Below, piece after piece: positions 12,701 to 25,244 of a stretch of DNA of 64,000 nt. Numbering within the stretch: position 1 is the first letter of the stretch; the number at the start of each line of letters is the position of its first letter. The notes under the pieces are model-generated. The model did not search any database. It saw only the letters and a list, made by a program, of their open reading frames with translations, and had not been told where the DNA came from. The DNA is from Octopus sinensis. Taxonomy: Eukaryota. The translations under genes and the position numbers were made by a program. Location: contig NC_043001.1 of the NCBI RefSeq assembly GCF_006345805.1, positions 48,050,001 to 48,114,000 on the forward strand, read 5' to 3'.

Positions 12701-13320
12701 CATATATGTGCAAACGGCTAGCTGGATAGATCCTGAGAACCTTCAGAACCAGAAAGAAGGAAAGTATGATGGTTTTTGGAGGACACTCATACGCAGCCGC
12801 CCGAACTACTGCTCGCAAATACGGTCACCCCACCGTGTAAAATTAACAGCGGAACTTGAAGTAATCTAGCGAAGCTTCACAGAGTAGATTGTCCCTTTGC
12901 AACAGCTCAGCTACTGGGAAAGGCTGAAATAGCTCAGACTTTACTTCCTGGAGAGTAGGCGGATGAGATATGCAGTAATAAATATCTGGAAGATCCTAGA
13001 AGCGATTGTGCCAAATTTGGGCATTGAAAGCTACACAATGCCAGAACAACTCTCCACTGCACAGTGCCAAAGATCCCAACAATGCCGTCGCGCTTCAGGA
13101 CCAATTACTGCAGCAACCTGAGTTTCAAGGGCCCACAGATTTTTTATATTTTCTCAAAACGCCTGAGGGACCTATACGAAGTGGATGTAGGTGTGTTCAA
13201 AACAGAACTGGATATCTCCCTGTCGAGAGTCCCAGATGAACCTACCTCACGGCAGGAAGTGCTAATGAGGGCAGCGACAACAAACTCTCCTATTGGCCAA
13301 ATGATAGTTGAATAACTTAA
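12700..13320 (+). mobile_element. CR1-like LINE 3' fragment, decayed
   Basis: G*ILRTFRTRKK...RSRPNYCSQIRSPH...ELEVI*RSFT...SYWERLK*LRLYFLESRRMRY...SFKGPQIF...DVGVFKTELDISLSRVPDEP...AATTNS. Confidence 0.82.
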
Positions 13321-13410
13321 AACTACTTTTGGGCCAACCTGTATATTCCAGTATAACACGCATACTGACATTCATGCACATAGACGCACATACAAATATA
13401 TATATATAAC

Positions 13411-13636
13411 GAGCTGGCAGAATCGTTAGCACGCCGGGCGAAATGCGTAGCCGTATTTCGTCTACCGCTACGTCCTGGATTCAAATTCCGCCGAGGTCGA
13501 CTTCGCCTTTCATCCTCTCGGGGTCGATTAAATAAGTACCAGTTGCGTATTGGGGTCGATATAATCGACTTAATCCGTTTGTCTGTCCTTGTTTGTCCCC
13601 TCTGTGTTTAGCCCCTTGTGGGTAGTAAAGAAATAT
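13411..13636 (+). mobile_element. tRNA-derived SINE family 2 (core recalled as Meta/Sauria-type; unverified)
   Basis: A-box-like TGGCAGAATCG and B-box GGATTCAAATTC. Core gaggtcgacttcgcctttcatcctctcggggtcgattaaataagtaccag recurs about 6 times in the window. Confidence 0.85.
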
Positions 13637-13869
13637 ATATATATATATATAACACTAAGGAACAAGATTCTTGTCTGGTGTTTGAGACGCGTTTCCTAAT
13701 AAGTTTAATGAAACCCATTTTCTTCTATCATGAGAAAAATGTTTCACAAGCTCAAGGTTTCAGCATTCCCGACATCGTCACCATTTCTAAGGATAGATTT
13801 GGCTACAACAAATGCAGACCCATGTATGGAGCTTGAAATATCTTTGAAAACATAGTTTTTCAATATCAT

Positions 13870-14575
13870 TTAAAATAGACGATTAGGTGGCTGTTGCAGG
13901 AAAATCAGCTGTTGGAGACCATGTATGGCGTTCAAAAAGAAGCATGGAATGCTTTTGCTGCAGTTCTATCTGTTTTCCTGGAAAACAGAAAGTCATCAAA
14001 TAATGAAGAACTTTTGCAGAACCTGTTAACCAGTTCTTGAACACTGAGCTACAACATGAGTGTAAAAGTGCATTTCTTGCATAGTCATTTGGACTGCTTT
14101 TCTGAAAATCCTAGTGCGATAAGTGACGAGCAAGGGAAAAGATACCACCATGACATCGACACCACGGAGACTTGGTATCAAAGCTGGTGGAACACAAAAC
14201 ATGATGGCTGACTGCTGCTGGTCGTGATGTAAGTTATTCACGCAAAGTAGCAAAGAGAAAGATTATTCCTTGAGTAGCTGAATCTCCAGTTTGACAGAAA
14301 TATCTATCCTAAGATATGTAATTAAACATTTTGCATAATATATTTGTTAAACCATAAAAGTACTATTTACTTAGTCTTAAATTTTTATTTCGGTATAGCA
14401 TTTAATAGGAAAATTGACATTTTTTAATAAAACAAAAATTGACTTCTATTTAACAAAAACTTGACGTGATAGTAATTTCTGAGGGCAATTCTGAACTGAG
14501 CAGTGCTAAATTAGGTGGGATTAATTGTAAAAAGCAGGTCAGCTAAACTTTTTCTTCGAAAATGTTCCCCAGCGT
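13870..14575 (+). mobile_element. CMC/Chapaev3-like DNA transposon 3' remnant
   Basis: EAWNAFAAV..FLENRKS...NMSVKVHFLHSHLDCFSENPSAISDEQGKRYHHDI..E.WYQ.WW...MMADCCWS matches the widespread MSLKIHFLHSHLDFFPENLGAVSDEQGERFHQDI transposase block. Terminus-like ttccccagcg near 14573. Confidence 0.75.
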
Positions 14576-14683
14576 AAACAATTAAATAACAAAAGTAGCT
14601 GACCAGCCTTATTACTGACGTAACTGATCGTTGTGTTTTTCTTCGTCCAGTTGTAGTGTCCAGTTATGCGGCTTCAGCCATTC

Positions 14684-14743
14684 GAGTCTGACGAGTTAAC
14701 TACACTGCTAAGCGTTTTATAGGTGCGAAACCAGTGGTCACTC
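14684..14743 (+). ncRNA. candidate type I hammerhead ribozyme with irregular stem II
   Basis: gagt-CTGACGA(14688-94)-g...c-GAAA(14727-30)-c-cagtg-GTC(14737-39)-actc. Stem I gagt/actc and stem III acc/ggt are present; stem II pairs only with a 7-nt bulge. Confidence 0.45.
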
Positions 14744-15043
14744 CGTGACCGGCCATATCCTTTCACTTCCTAAAAAAACAAAAATATATATTATTGCTCT
14801 AACGCTTTAGAGTGAGCTTCTTTTCCAGCTATATGAACTACTGACGATGTGTATGTGTGTGTGTGTGTGTGTGTGTCTGTGTGTGCGTGCTTGTGTATGC
14901 GTGTGTGTGTTTACACACACACACATATATATATATACACAAACATACACACATTATCTCATATTAATTGTTTTAACCTTTTCTATTTCTCTATTTTCTC
15001 TTTTTCCTTCTTTATCTCTGCCTCTTTCGGTATTTCTCTCACT

Positions 15044-15108
<65 letters not shown>

Positions 15109-15127
15109 GTGTGTGTGTGTGTGTGTG

Positions 15128-15160
<33 letters not shown>

Positions 15161-15336
15161 CGTGTGTGTTTGTGTGTGTGTGTTTGTGTGTGTGTACATA
15201 TATACACATTTAAAAGCTTGAACTTGAACTAGCGGTGAACCGAATCAAACTGTTTAAATAATACATGTAACTTCTACTAAATCCGCTGAATGCAATTTTC
15301 TCTCATTTGTACTACCACTCGTACACATACACACAC

Positions 15337-15391
<55 letters not shown>

Positions 15392-15823
15392 AGGAGAAAG
15401 ACTTTTCAACATGCAAACACCCTTCTCCAGTTAACCTTCTTTAGGTATGGTGCTTCCAACCAATGTATATCAATTATTTCGCCTGGACATTTTCTCTTTA
15501 AGTTTATTCATTCCTCGTTCCTCAGTTCTCCCTTTTCACTGATCAATATTCGAAGAAGCACTATATCCGAAACGTCAGAAATTGCTTTTTACACTTCTCC
15601 TAATGTCGGCCCAATAAATTTTTACCCTGAATATATTCCATCTTTTTAACCTTTTCTGTTTTTCTAATTTTCCTCTCTTTTTTCTCTCTCTATATTTATA
15701 CATATGTATTTACATAGATAAAGAGAGAAGGAGGGAGTGGTGGTATATATATTATGTGTACTTTTGTTATAAATAGATTTCGGCTCTAACAGTGTTTCAT
15801 TGACTCAAGATATTAATCAATTC

Positions 15824-15888
<65 letters not shown>

Positions 15889-15899
15889 CATGAATAAAT

Positions 15900-16600
15900 A
15901 AATTAACTAAAAGTACAGCCAGAAAATGGTCAGAAAATGAAAAAGAGTAATTTGAAAATATCGCCCCCGTTGAAAAGGTTCATTTACGATATTGAAAAAA
16001 TAATTGTACCAAGACCGCTACTCAAGAGACGAAAGGATATGTAATTAAAATCAAAGCAGGAAATGTCTTACTATCTCTAGAAATGATGTACTTTTAAAAT
16101 TGTTAAAAGGAAATAAGACCGAACAATAAAGGAAAAATTAAGATGAAAGCTATGCAGGTGATGGAGGAGTATTATAAAATAATTTTATTAGAAATTATAT
16201 TACTTTCTCTATAAAGAGCAGCTTGTACACTGTTTTTTTATCTTAATAAATCTCGATTGTCATATTAACTCACACATGATTCGTACGACAGAACTATAGA
16301 ACTACAGAACTACAGAACTGAACTTCTTGATCATACGAGTCTTGATTTTTTCTGTAAAATTTCAACAGGAAGCCTTCCATATTAACCTCACTAAATCAAA
16401 CAAATCTACCAAAAGGTTTTTGTATAAGATTATATTAAGGTGAAAGAACAGTCGAATTTAAGCTTAAGGATCAACATGCAGGAAATAAGTAGATTTGTTC
16501 AGTAGTATTGAAAATAATACTGAATAAACAGCAACATTTTACAATTCGATATACCTCCAAAATAACGGCACCTGATTTATAAAACAATTAAATCTGCTAC
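15900..16600 (+). mobile_element. heavily decayed Penelope-like RT relic
   Basis: NLTKSNKSTK...KVKEQSNLSLRINMQEI...NILQFDI resembles PLE INPTKS...WxNTxEVIxWF...FIQFDI. Many stops. Confidence 0.5.
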
Positions 16601-16719
16601 ACGGCTGGGTTACAGATTGAGTGGATGGTTTATACTCCGTAAACTTTAAAATTCCTGATTTTATTAGGAGACATATGCTGTGATAATGGTAATATATTAC
16701 TTATGAATAATAAGCCCAA

Positions 16720-16905
16720 GTGTCAGCCACTAAGAGACATGGTCAACTGGTTAAGGTCAAACAACTGACAAGCAAATGTGTAGTATTGAGCAGAATATTT
16801 GCTGTAGCCCATCTTTTATACCAAGACAAAACAATGTACATGATAACACTTCCAATCAGTTAAGATCAGCAGCCATGAGAGCCACTGCCTGGTACTGCAT
16901 CAGGG
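16720..16905 (+). repeat. probable retroposon 3' end ending in (ATT)n
   Basis: Sequence ends ...gagagccactgcctggtactgcatcagggcattt then (ATT)n; family not identified. Confidence 0.4.
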
Positions 16906-16930
16906 CATTTATTATTATTATTATTATTAC

Positions 16931-17031
<101 letters not shown>

Positions 17032-17042
17032 TATTATTATTA

Positions 17043-19680
17043 TGTTTGACATTTGCTTTGTATTTGTACAAGTTGACTCCAAGTCTCACCCAGAGACCTC
17101 AAGAGCCAACAAGTTGGAATTTCATATTGGAGTTATGCCTAGAGGGTCGTATATTTGGTTTTTGCTCATAGTATTGTTCTAGAGAAGGTTTAAGAAAACA
17201 TAAGAAAGTTATGAGTTTGTTTTAGAATTTGAGATTACATAGATAGTATTTTACGTAGGATATGGGCAGTTCCTATGAGCACTCGCTTTTGAATTTCTGC
17301 CATTTTGGGGTTTCCTGGTAACAGAGCTAGGTAGGAATTTGCCCTTTTTGCTATCATTCCTAAGACATCTATGACAACAGGTATTGTTTTAGTCTTGAGG
17401 TTCCACATTTTGCCACTTTCTATTTCAAGATCTTCATACTTGCTCAGGTTTTGGTAGGTCTTGACAGATACATTTATGTCGACTGGGACAGTTATATAAA
17501 TGAGGAGGCATGATTTTTGTCTAAAATGTTTCAATATAATGTCTGGCCTATATGCATGGCCTATCTTTCTGTCAGTTTGAATGGTGAAATTCTAGAGGAG
17601 TCGGATGTGATCATTTTCAAGTACTGGAGATGGTTTGTGTTCCTGCCATTTTTTTTATCATGGAGCAGGTTCAGGTTTTTGCAAACTACCCAGCTCTATC
17701 ATGCATGCTGAGATATTCTGTAGGTGCAAGACAGCACATGGAGACAACATGAGCAATGGTTTCATTTTGTTGATGACATACACATATTAGACTACTGCCG
17801 TTCTTTAATATATCGGCCAGATAGTTTCTTGTAGGTAAGCATTGATCTTGTGTTGCTATGATAAACCCTTCTGTTTCTGATTTTCAGCCAGAAGACAATA
17901 ACCATTGATAGGTAAAGGCTTTGTCAACATCGGCACTATTAGCTCTTTGGGTATTTGCCATTGAGAGGTTTTTCTTACCATTAATCAAAAAGAATATCTA
18001 AGGCAGCAGTTTTAGCACGGGCTTTCATACGCTTAACTTTTTCTCTGCTTGTCTCTAGTACGTCTAACTCAGGAAGTTGTCGTATTTGGAATTCACTTAG
18101 ATATTCTTTTGCCTGTTTTGTCACTGAGAATGATGCTTTCTTGTTTTTATGCTTTGAGACAAGTTTTAACATCCAGTCATCAGAGTGTCTCAGGTAGATG
18201 TTTAGGCCAATTTTGGCAGTCTTCATTGTTAATTCCAGCTGTAAAAGTCCACGGCCTCGCTCTTTTCTTGACAGATAAAGTCGTTTTGTATCTGGCTTAG
18301 GGTGATGCATTCTATGCATTGTCAACAATTTTCGTATTTTTCTGTCGAGATTACATGTTCAGTAACTAACCAGTTAATTATATTAAAACTATAAGTCACG
18401 GCCGGTATGGCTAAAGTATTGATCGCTCCGATTCTATTTCTTGCATTCAGTCCTGTCTTGAGTATTGCCCTTACCCTGCGATAACATTCTCTTCTGATCT
18501 TATCACTGAATGTTTGATTCCGCCCCCTTCAAACATTCTTTATGACATTCTGCTGGTCAAGATTAACAATGGATATTTCTGTCATTTTTCATTTGATAAA
18601 AGTAGCTTTTGCACATCTATCGAAGCCAAATTGCATCCTGAAGTCATCACTGAATTGTTTAACAATCGCTAGCAAACCCTATAGTTGCTGGTCATTTTGT
18701 GCAATGAGCTTGAAATCATCCATGTAAATGAAACGATTTATATTTTTATCAAACATTTTATAGCCGTATTGTACATCATCGAGCAATTTCGAGAGAGGTA
18801 TTAAGGCTAGACAAAAGAGGAGTGATGATAAAAAGTCTACCTGGAACATGCCAAATGAAATTCTTACATCTACAGCGTTAAGAGATTCATTGTCACTGTT
18901 TAAAGTCCATGATCTCATACTTACAGACAAGACGTTTCGCTAAGTAGGTACTATTTTATACATTTCCGGACGTTTCTTAATCCAGCTATGTGGTAGACTA
19001 TCAAAAGCATTTTTGTTGTCTATCCAGGCTATCGACAAATTTTTGTGTCGTTTGTGACAATCTTCCAAGATCATCTTATCGATGAGTAGCTGATCTTTAC
19101 AACCACAAAACTTACGTTTACATCCTTCGTGCTCATTAGGGAATATGCCACTTTCTATTAAAAAAACTATAGGTATGTTCAGACAAGACAGATGTTAGCA
19201 TTTTATACATTGCTGTTAAGCAGGTTATGGTTCCATAATTTTTTGGTTCATTTGTTTCTTCATGTTACACCATTAACTAGCCAAGAGAAAATCACTCTAT
19301 GTTGTTGCAAAAAATTGTGGTAAAGTTTTGTTAGCAGTTCATGGCTCTCTGGGAAGGTATTCAACCAGAATTTAAGTATTGTATCCTTTCCTGGAGACTT
19401 CCATTTGCTTCATTTCCTGAGAGCAGATCTTACATCCTCTACCTTGATACACTCCCACTTTTGCTCGTGTAAGGAGTCTAAGTCTGTAGATATTCTATCA
19501 ATCCAAGGGGCTTTTTCATTGTGTGCTTTTTCTTCTGCCCAAATTTTACTACAAAATTCCTGAACTACTTTTGATGGGACAGACTTAACTATAACTGATA
19601 TTTTCCCTATCCTCATGTAAAAATATTTTCGGTTATTTTTGTACATGCTGTTCTCCCTGAAGAATCTAATTCATTATTAC
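17043..19680 (-). mobile_element. R4/Dong-like retrotransposon, 5'-truncated (family C), between (TAA)n tracts
   Basis: [17 protein letters not shown]; FQVDFLSSLLFCLALIPL; YMDDFKLIAQNDQQL; MHHPKPDTKRLYLSRKERGRGLLQL; KYEDLEIE...KTIPVVIDVLG...GTAHILRKILSM*. (TAA)n(GAA)n abuts the 5' end and (TAA)n(CAA)n(TAA)n the 3' end. Confidence 0.92.
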
Positions 19681-19707
19681 TATCTTCTTCTTCTTCATCT
19701 TCTTCTT

Positions 19708-19800
<93 letters not shown>

Positions 19801-19927
19801 TAATTATTATTATTATTAATTAATAGAGAAACCGGGCCTATGAGCCTGGCTAGGCTTGAAAAGAGCGCATAATAAATAAATAAATAAATAAATAAATAAA
19901 TATATATATATATATATATACATTATT

Positions 19928-20397
<470 letters not shown>

Positions 20398-20430
20398 ATA
20401 TATATATATATTTATTTATTTATTTATATA

Positions 20431-20744
20431 TACCATGGGATTACCGATAAAAAGTTACCCTCCGGGGCAGAAGTCCAGGAAAGTCTGTTTATGGAAGACC
20501 AGCAGTCGCCCATGCATACCAACCTCTCCTCACCACGCCACCGATGTTATCCAAGGGAAAAGCAAGGGACGATAAAGCTTGGCACCGGTGAGGTCGCAAC
20601 TCGTTTGTACAGCTGAGTGAACTGAAGCAACGTGAAATAAAGTGTCTTGCACAAGAACATACCACACAGCCCGGCCTGGAAATCGAACTCACTACCTTAT
20701 GATTGCGTGCCCGATGCTCTAACCACTGTGCAATGAACCCTCTC
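20431..20744 (-). mobile_element. tRNA-derived SINE (fourth family, CORE-like)
   Basis: Minus-strand head gggttcattgcacagtggttagagcatcgggcacgcaatcataaggtagtgagttcgatttccagg, followed by tcttgtgcaagacactttatttcac. Confidence 0.8.
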
Positions 20745-21379
20745 ATGTGCGTGTGTGCGTGCGTGCATGTGCGTGCATGTGCGTGCGTGCATGTGCGCGC
20801 GTGTATGGTGTGTGTGTGTATGCATATGAGCCGGGAATATGTATATACAATAGAAACTATATATTTAGTTGCATTTTTGCATGTATATATTTTTGATTTA
20901 ACATGTTTAGACAATAATATATGACTATATATTATACGGAATTTTTATCTGTGCACTTTTGCCGGTTAATTCGTTTCATAAATTATGTATTCTGTTGGTA
21001 CATAATTAATTAAGATAATTGGCGATCGGTTATCTGAACATCAATTATCGGAATTTCAGATTATTCTAACAAAATATCAAAGTCCAATGAATATATAATT
21101 AGCCATACTCGGTATAACGCAAGCTCGAGAATTAGGTTGATGTAAACATGTCTTCTTTTTTGCAATAGACTAAAGTGAATTTAGGAGATGTAATTGCCTG
21201 CCAAACTGATTTGATCTGAGACTGTGTGTTGATGTTAAAACAATTACAGCATGCATGACACATATTAGCTACCTCAAAAAAAGAGAAAATAAAACGGATA
21301 AAAAACGTCTAAGTTCACTTAAACATTTATTACTTGGTGTCACAATTTTTGTTGCACCATTTGCGAACTGATCACTGTC

Positions 21380-21776
21380 AGGCTGAAGACGCTTGACCTT
21401 TATTCTCTAGAAAAACGACGACGCCGTGGTGATCTCATTCTCGCTCACATCATCATAAGCGGAAAGTGTAACCTCTCGAAAGAGCTGTTCTTCACTCCTG
21501 CTCCAGAGCGTCGGCTGCGGTTTCACTCCGAAAAGCTCTATCTGCGACGATTTCATCTCAATCGAAGGAGAGGGGCTTTCTCCGTCCGGGTTGCGGATCC
21601 GTGGAATAAGCTGCCGGACGAGATGGTGAAGATGCCGGCGACCGCTCGGTTCAAAGTCTCTCTTGACCAGAAATGGCCTGAACTCTTTGCATGAGCACCC
21701 TCCCTTAACATAACTCCATGTCCCCCTACATGGCCTTGCTTTTTGCTTTTTGAGCCCCAAAATTAACTTATCTTAA
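21380..21776 (+). mobile_element. young CR1 LINE 3' end (104 uninterrupted codons 21380-21694 plus 3' UTR)
   Basis: RLKTLDLYSLEKRRRRGDLILAHIIISGKC...RRGAFSVRVADPWNKLPDEMVKMPATARFKVSLDQKWPELFA*. GC-rich and CpG-retaining against an AT-rich background. Confidence 0.9.
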
Positions 21777-22289
21777 GATTTTCCAGCAGTGGTTAATATG
21801 TCTATTATATGCCTTCTATGTTTTAACTGTTGAAATTATTTGTATTACTGAAAACATTTTAAACACTTTCTTAAGGCAATGATACTGGCTCTTGTACGAC
21901 CATAGCGTCTTCTGTTTACAGCTGTCAGGAAAACCAAGCGACCGTCAACTCGTCTGTTCCATTTTAGTCTGTATCTTACGCAGTGTAAAAATAATTTTAA
22001 CTCGTAAAAATAAAGCTTGTCAGAATCAATGGTACCATAATACATGTTACAGTTTTGTTTCAAGTAAAAATTATATAGAGTTGGTTACTGTTTTTACGTC
22101 TGTTACGAGGACGCAAACATTATTAACAATCTGACCTAAAAAGCGAAGGCATACAGCGTCAGGTTCATGTTAAAATGTTATAAAGATTGCACAACAATCT
22201 CTATACGGTTTATTTAACGTAGTTATGTTTAACATGGCTTTTTTTTTGTTTACGATCAAGTCACTTAGCTTTATATTTTGCTTTTATTC

Positions 22290-22650
22290 GCTTCAGTCGT
22301 TAGACTGCGGCTATGCAGGAATCCTATTTTGAAAGGTTTAATCGAAGTGATCGACTCCAGTACTTACATTGTAAGTCTGGTACTTTCTCTATCTGGTTCT
22401 TTTGACAAACCTATAAGTTACAGGACGGTAAACAAATCAACATCGGTTTCAAACGATACGGATGAAGGACAAATACAGACTTAAGAGCACGCATACACAC
22501 TCACGTGTCGATGGCGGGCTTCACTTACACGGCATTGGTCGGTTGGTGAATATAGTAGCAAAAAATTGCCCAAGTTGCCGCGTAGTGAAACAACCTGAAA
22601 TGACGTGATTGCAAAAGCGATCTTCTTAACCATACAGCCATGCCTATACG
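22290..22650 (-). mobile_element. decayed SINE family 1 copy
   Basis: Head ggcatggctgtatggttaagaagatcg and core ttgggcaa...accgaccaatgcc on the minus strand. Confidence 0.65.
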
Positions 22651-23287
22651 AACAAAATTCTCATCGTTTGTTTCTTTCGGACAATTGTGGTGTAACTATA
22701 ACTAGTAATCATCAATTAAATTAATTTTGACCATTCTTAGATCATATCTGTCTTTATTTTTTAACAATTTAGATCAATGTGATACGTGAATCTTTTACCA
22801 TTTATCTGTCTATCTAGCTATCGTTCTATCTAATTTGCTTTTGCGTGATTTAAAACCTTACCCGTAGGAATAATTTCTCGTTACTACTTGAAGTCAATAA
22901 CATATTAAATTTACTTGCTTTTAAAAGAAATAATTGCATTATCTGTTTTACATTTCATTATATGTCCATTAGCTATTTGACTAAGATTCTCTATAAACTT
23001 GCCGCTTTTATATCTCAAATGCACCCGTGTAGCAGGTCCGATCTAAATGGATTCTTTTTAATTTTTTTTTTTTTTGCGTTATAAATATTAATTGTTATTT
23101 TCACATTTATTTCGTTTTTAGCTATGAACTATAAATATCAAATCAACTGCATTATTCATTCTTCTCAGTACGCCTCAAGAGAATCGCAAGATATGAAACG
23201 TCGGTAGAGCTTCAGGGCATTTATATATCCAATACCTCACTGGTTTTAGTTCTTTATTGTATGATAGATTTTCTTAGTCTTCTGATT

Positions 23288-23326
<39 letters not shown>

Positions 23327-23448
23327 AATTCAGAATTAACGACAAGAATAATAACTCAAAAGACCAAAGACAAAGCGAAAGCAAAATATAACAGTAAAAC
23401 AATAGCAGCAGCAGCAGCAGCAGCAACAACAACAATAATGATAATAAA

Positions 23449-23652
23449 TCTTCCCACTTTAGGCATAAGGCCTGGAATTTATGGGGAGTGGGATAGTCGT
23501 TCACATCGACCCCAGTAGTAGACTTAATTTATCGAGTTCGAAAGGATGAAAGGCAAAGTCGATCCCGGTGGAATTTGAACTTAGAACATAGGGACGTGTG
23601 AAATACCGCTAAGCATTTCGTCCAGCGTGTTAACGATTCTGCCAGCTCGCTG
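23449..23652 (-). mobile_element. SINE family 2 copy, next to (TAA)n(GAA)n(CAA)n at 23656-23845
   Basis: Reverse complement begins gcgagctggcagaatcgttaacacgctggacgaaatgcttagcgg. Confidence 0.85.
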
Positions 23653-23654
23653 CT

Positions 23655-23767
<113 letters not shown>

Positions 23768-23994
23768 AAGAAGAGAAGAAGAAGAAGAAGAAGAAGAAGA
23801 AGAAGAACAACAACAACAACAACAACAACAACACCCACAACAACTTTGATTTTTTATATGAATAATCTGGTTTGTTTAATTTAATGGCCTATCAATGTAT
23901 ACAGCGAGTTTCTTTGCCCTAGGTGTCGGGAAGACATACGGCAAGGAAAAGAAACAAAATTGAAAAATGAAAAACTCGTCATAATAGTTTTAAA

Positions 23995-24195
23995 CTTCGG
24001 CAAAATGCCAGTTCGGGGAAGGGGTAAGTCGATTAAATCGACCCTAGTGCTCAACTGGTTCGCATTTTATTGTCCCCGGAAGGACAAAAGGTAAACTCGA
24101 ACTCCGCGGAATTTGAACTCAGAACGTAAAGACAGACGAAATGCTTCTATGCATTTTTGTCCGGTGTATTAACGATTCTGCCAACCCGCCGCCTA
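23995..24195 (-). mobile_element. SINE family 2 copy
   Basis: Reverse complement begins ggcggcgggttggcagaatcgttaatacacc, with gagttcaaattccgcggagttcgag. Confidence 0.8.
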
Positions 24196-24746
24196 AATGA
24201 TTATAATAACAATAATAATGACTAGGAGTACCTGTGGCAATTCAAAGGTAAAGAAAAAAATTCTTAGATGGTTGTAAGTTTATATAGAGACGTAAAAATT
24301 AGCCTTCCTTTATAAATTGTATCTTCTGCATAATTTTCGTTTAAAAACACTTTTCAGTTTCTCTGGATAAGGCTGTAATTGAAGGAGCATACCATATTGA
24401 ATTTACCATACTGTCGGAAGTTCAGAGGCTAATTTATAAATCTAAGAGCGTTACAGTGATTACAGAGAATATTCACGTCACTAATGTAACTTTCAACCGT
24501 GTGTATACAGGGTTTTTTTGTCGTTCTCTCTGGTTTACATTTTATATTCTATCTTGAATATGTCCCCTTATCTGTTGTAAACACTCACTCTATACTCTTT
24601 GATACATATTTTCCCTTCTGCTCGCTGATGCTCCCGTGCTTGTTCTAATGTTTCAACCTTCTGCTTGCCTTTGCGTCATTTCCTATTCGGTTTCATTCTT
24701 TCTGTTGTTAGCTTACAGCGTCTGTCATCTACATTTTATGAATAAA

Positions 24747-25207
24747 CTAGCAGTATCGCCTGGTGTTGCTCGGGTTTGTTTCGACCCTTTAGAATTGGAA
24801 TTTTTGAAAAGTAAAAATTTTGCATTAGGTAGCTTGTTATTCTCTTTAAGTGAACATTTTTCTGGTTAAAATACAGCGAAAAATGGCGACACAGCAGTCA
24901 AAAAATCGTAAAAAATAGGAATTTTCATAGAAAAAAAGCACCTTTGTGGTGTAAATAATTTTTGGTGTTAACATGGTCCGATTTGAATTTTTTCTTGTAC
25001 GGAAGGAAGAGCAAGCCTTCTATCATACTCTCAATTTTGGTCAACTTGCGCCGCAGGGTCTCAGAGGAAATAGTATTAGTTGAAGGCTACCAAACCTAAA
25101 CACGTAATATTACGTCCCCCTACCTCATGTCATGGACGCTTCTCTCTCCCTCTTTTTCTCTCACTCTTCGCCTTTCCCTTCAACTAATCACATGCAGGCG
25201 TTATAGA
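24747..25207 (-). mobile_element. non-autonomous Helitron (about 460 bp)
   Basis: Minus strand reads A|TCTATAAC...cccgagcaacaccaggcgatactg-CTAG|T: 5' TC, degenerate subterminal hairpin about 10 nt before 3' CTAG, inserted in an AT dinucleotide. The 5' boundary is less certain. Confidence 0.65.
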
Positions 25208-25244
25208 TGGGCTATGTAAATAAATAACGGAGGAACAAGCAGAA

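Noticed and set aside
21407-21760. 117-aa minus-strand ORF
   Set aside because: It is the antisense shadow of the CR1 C-terminal frame on the plus strand.
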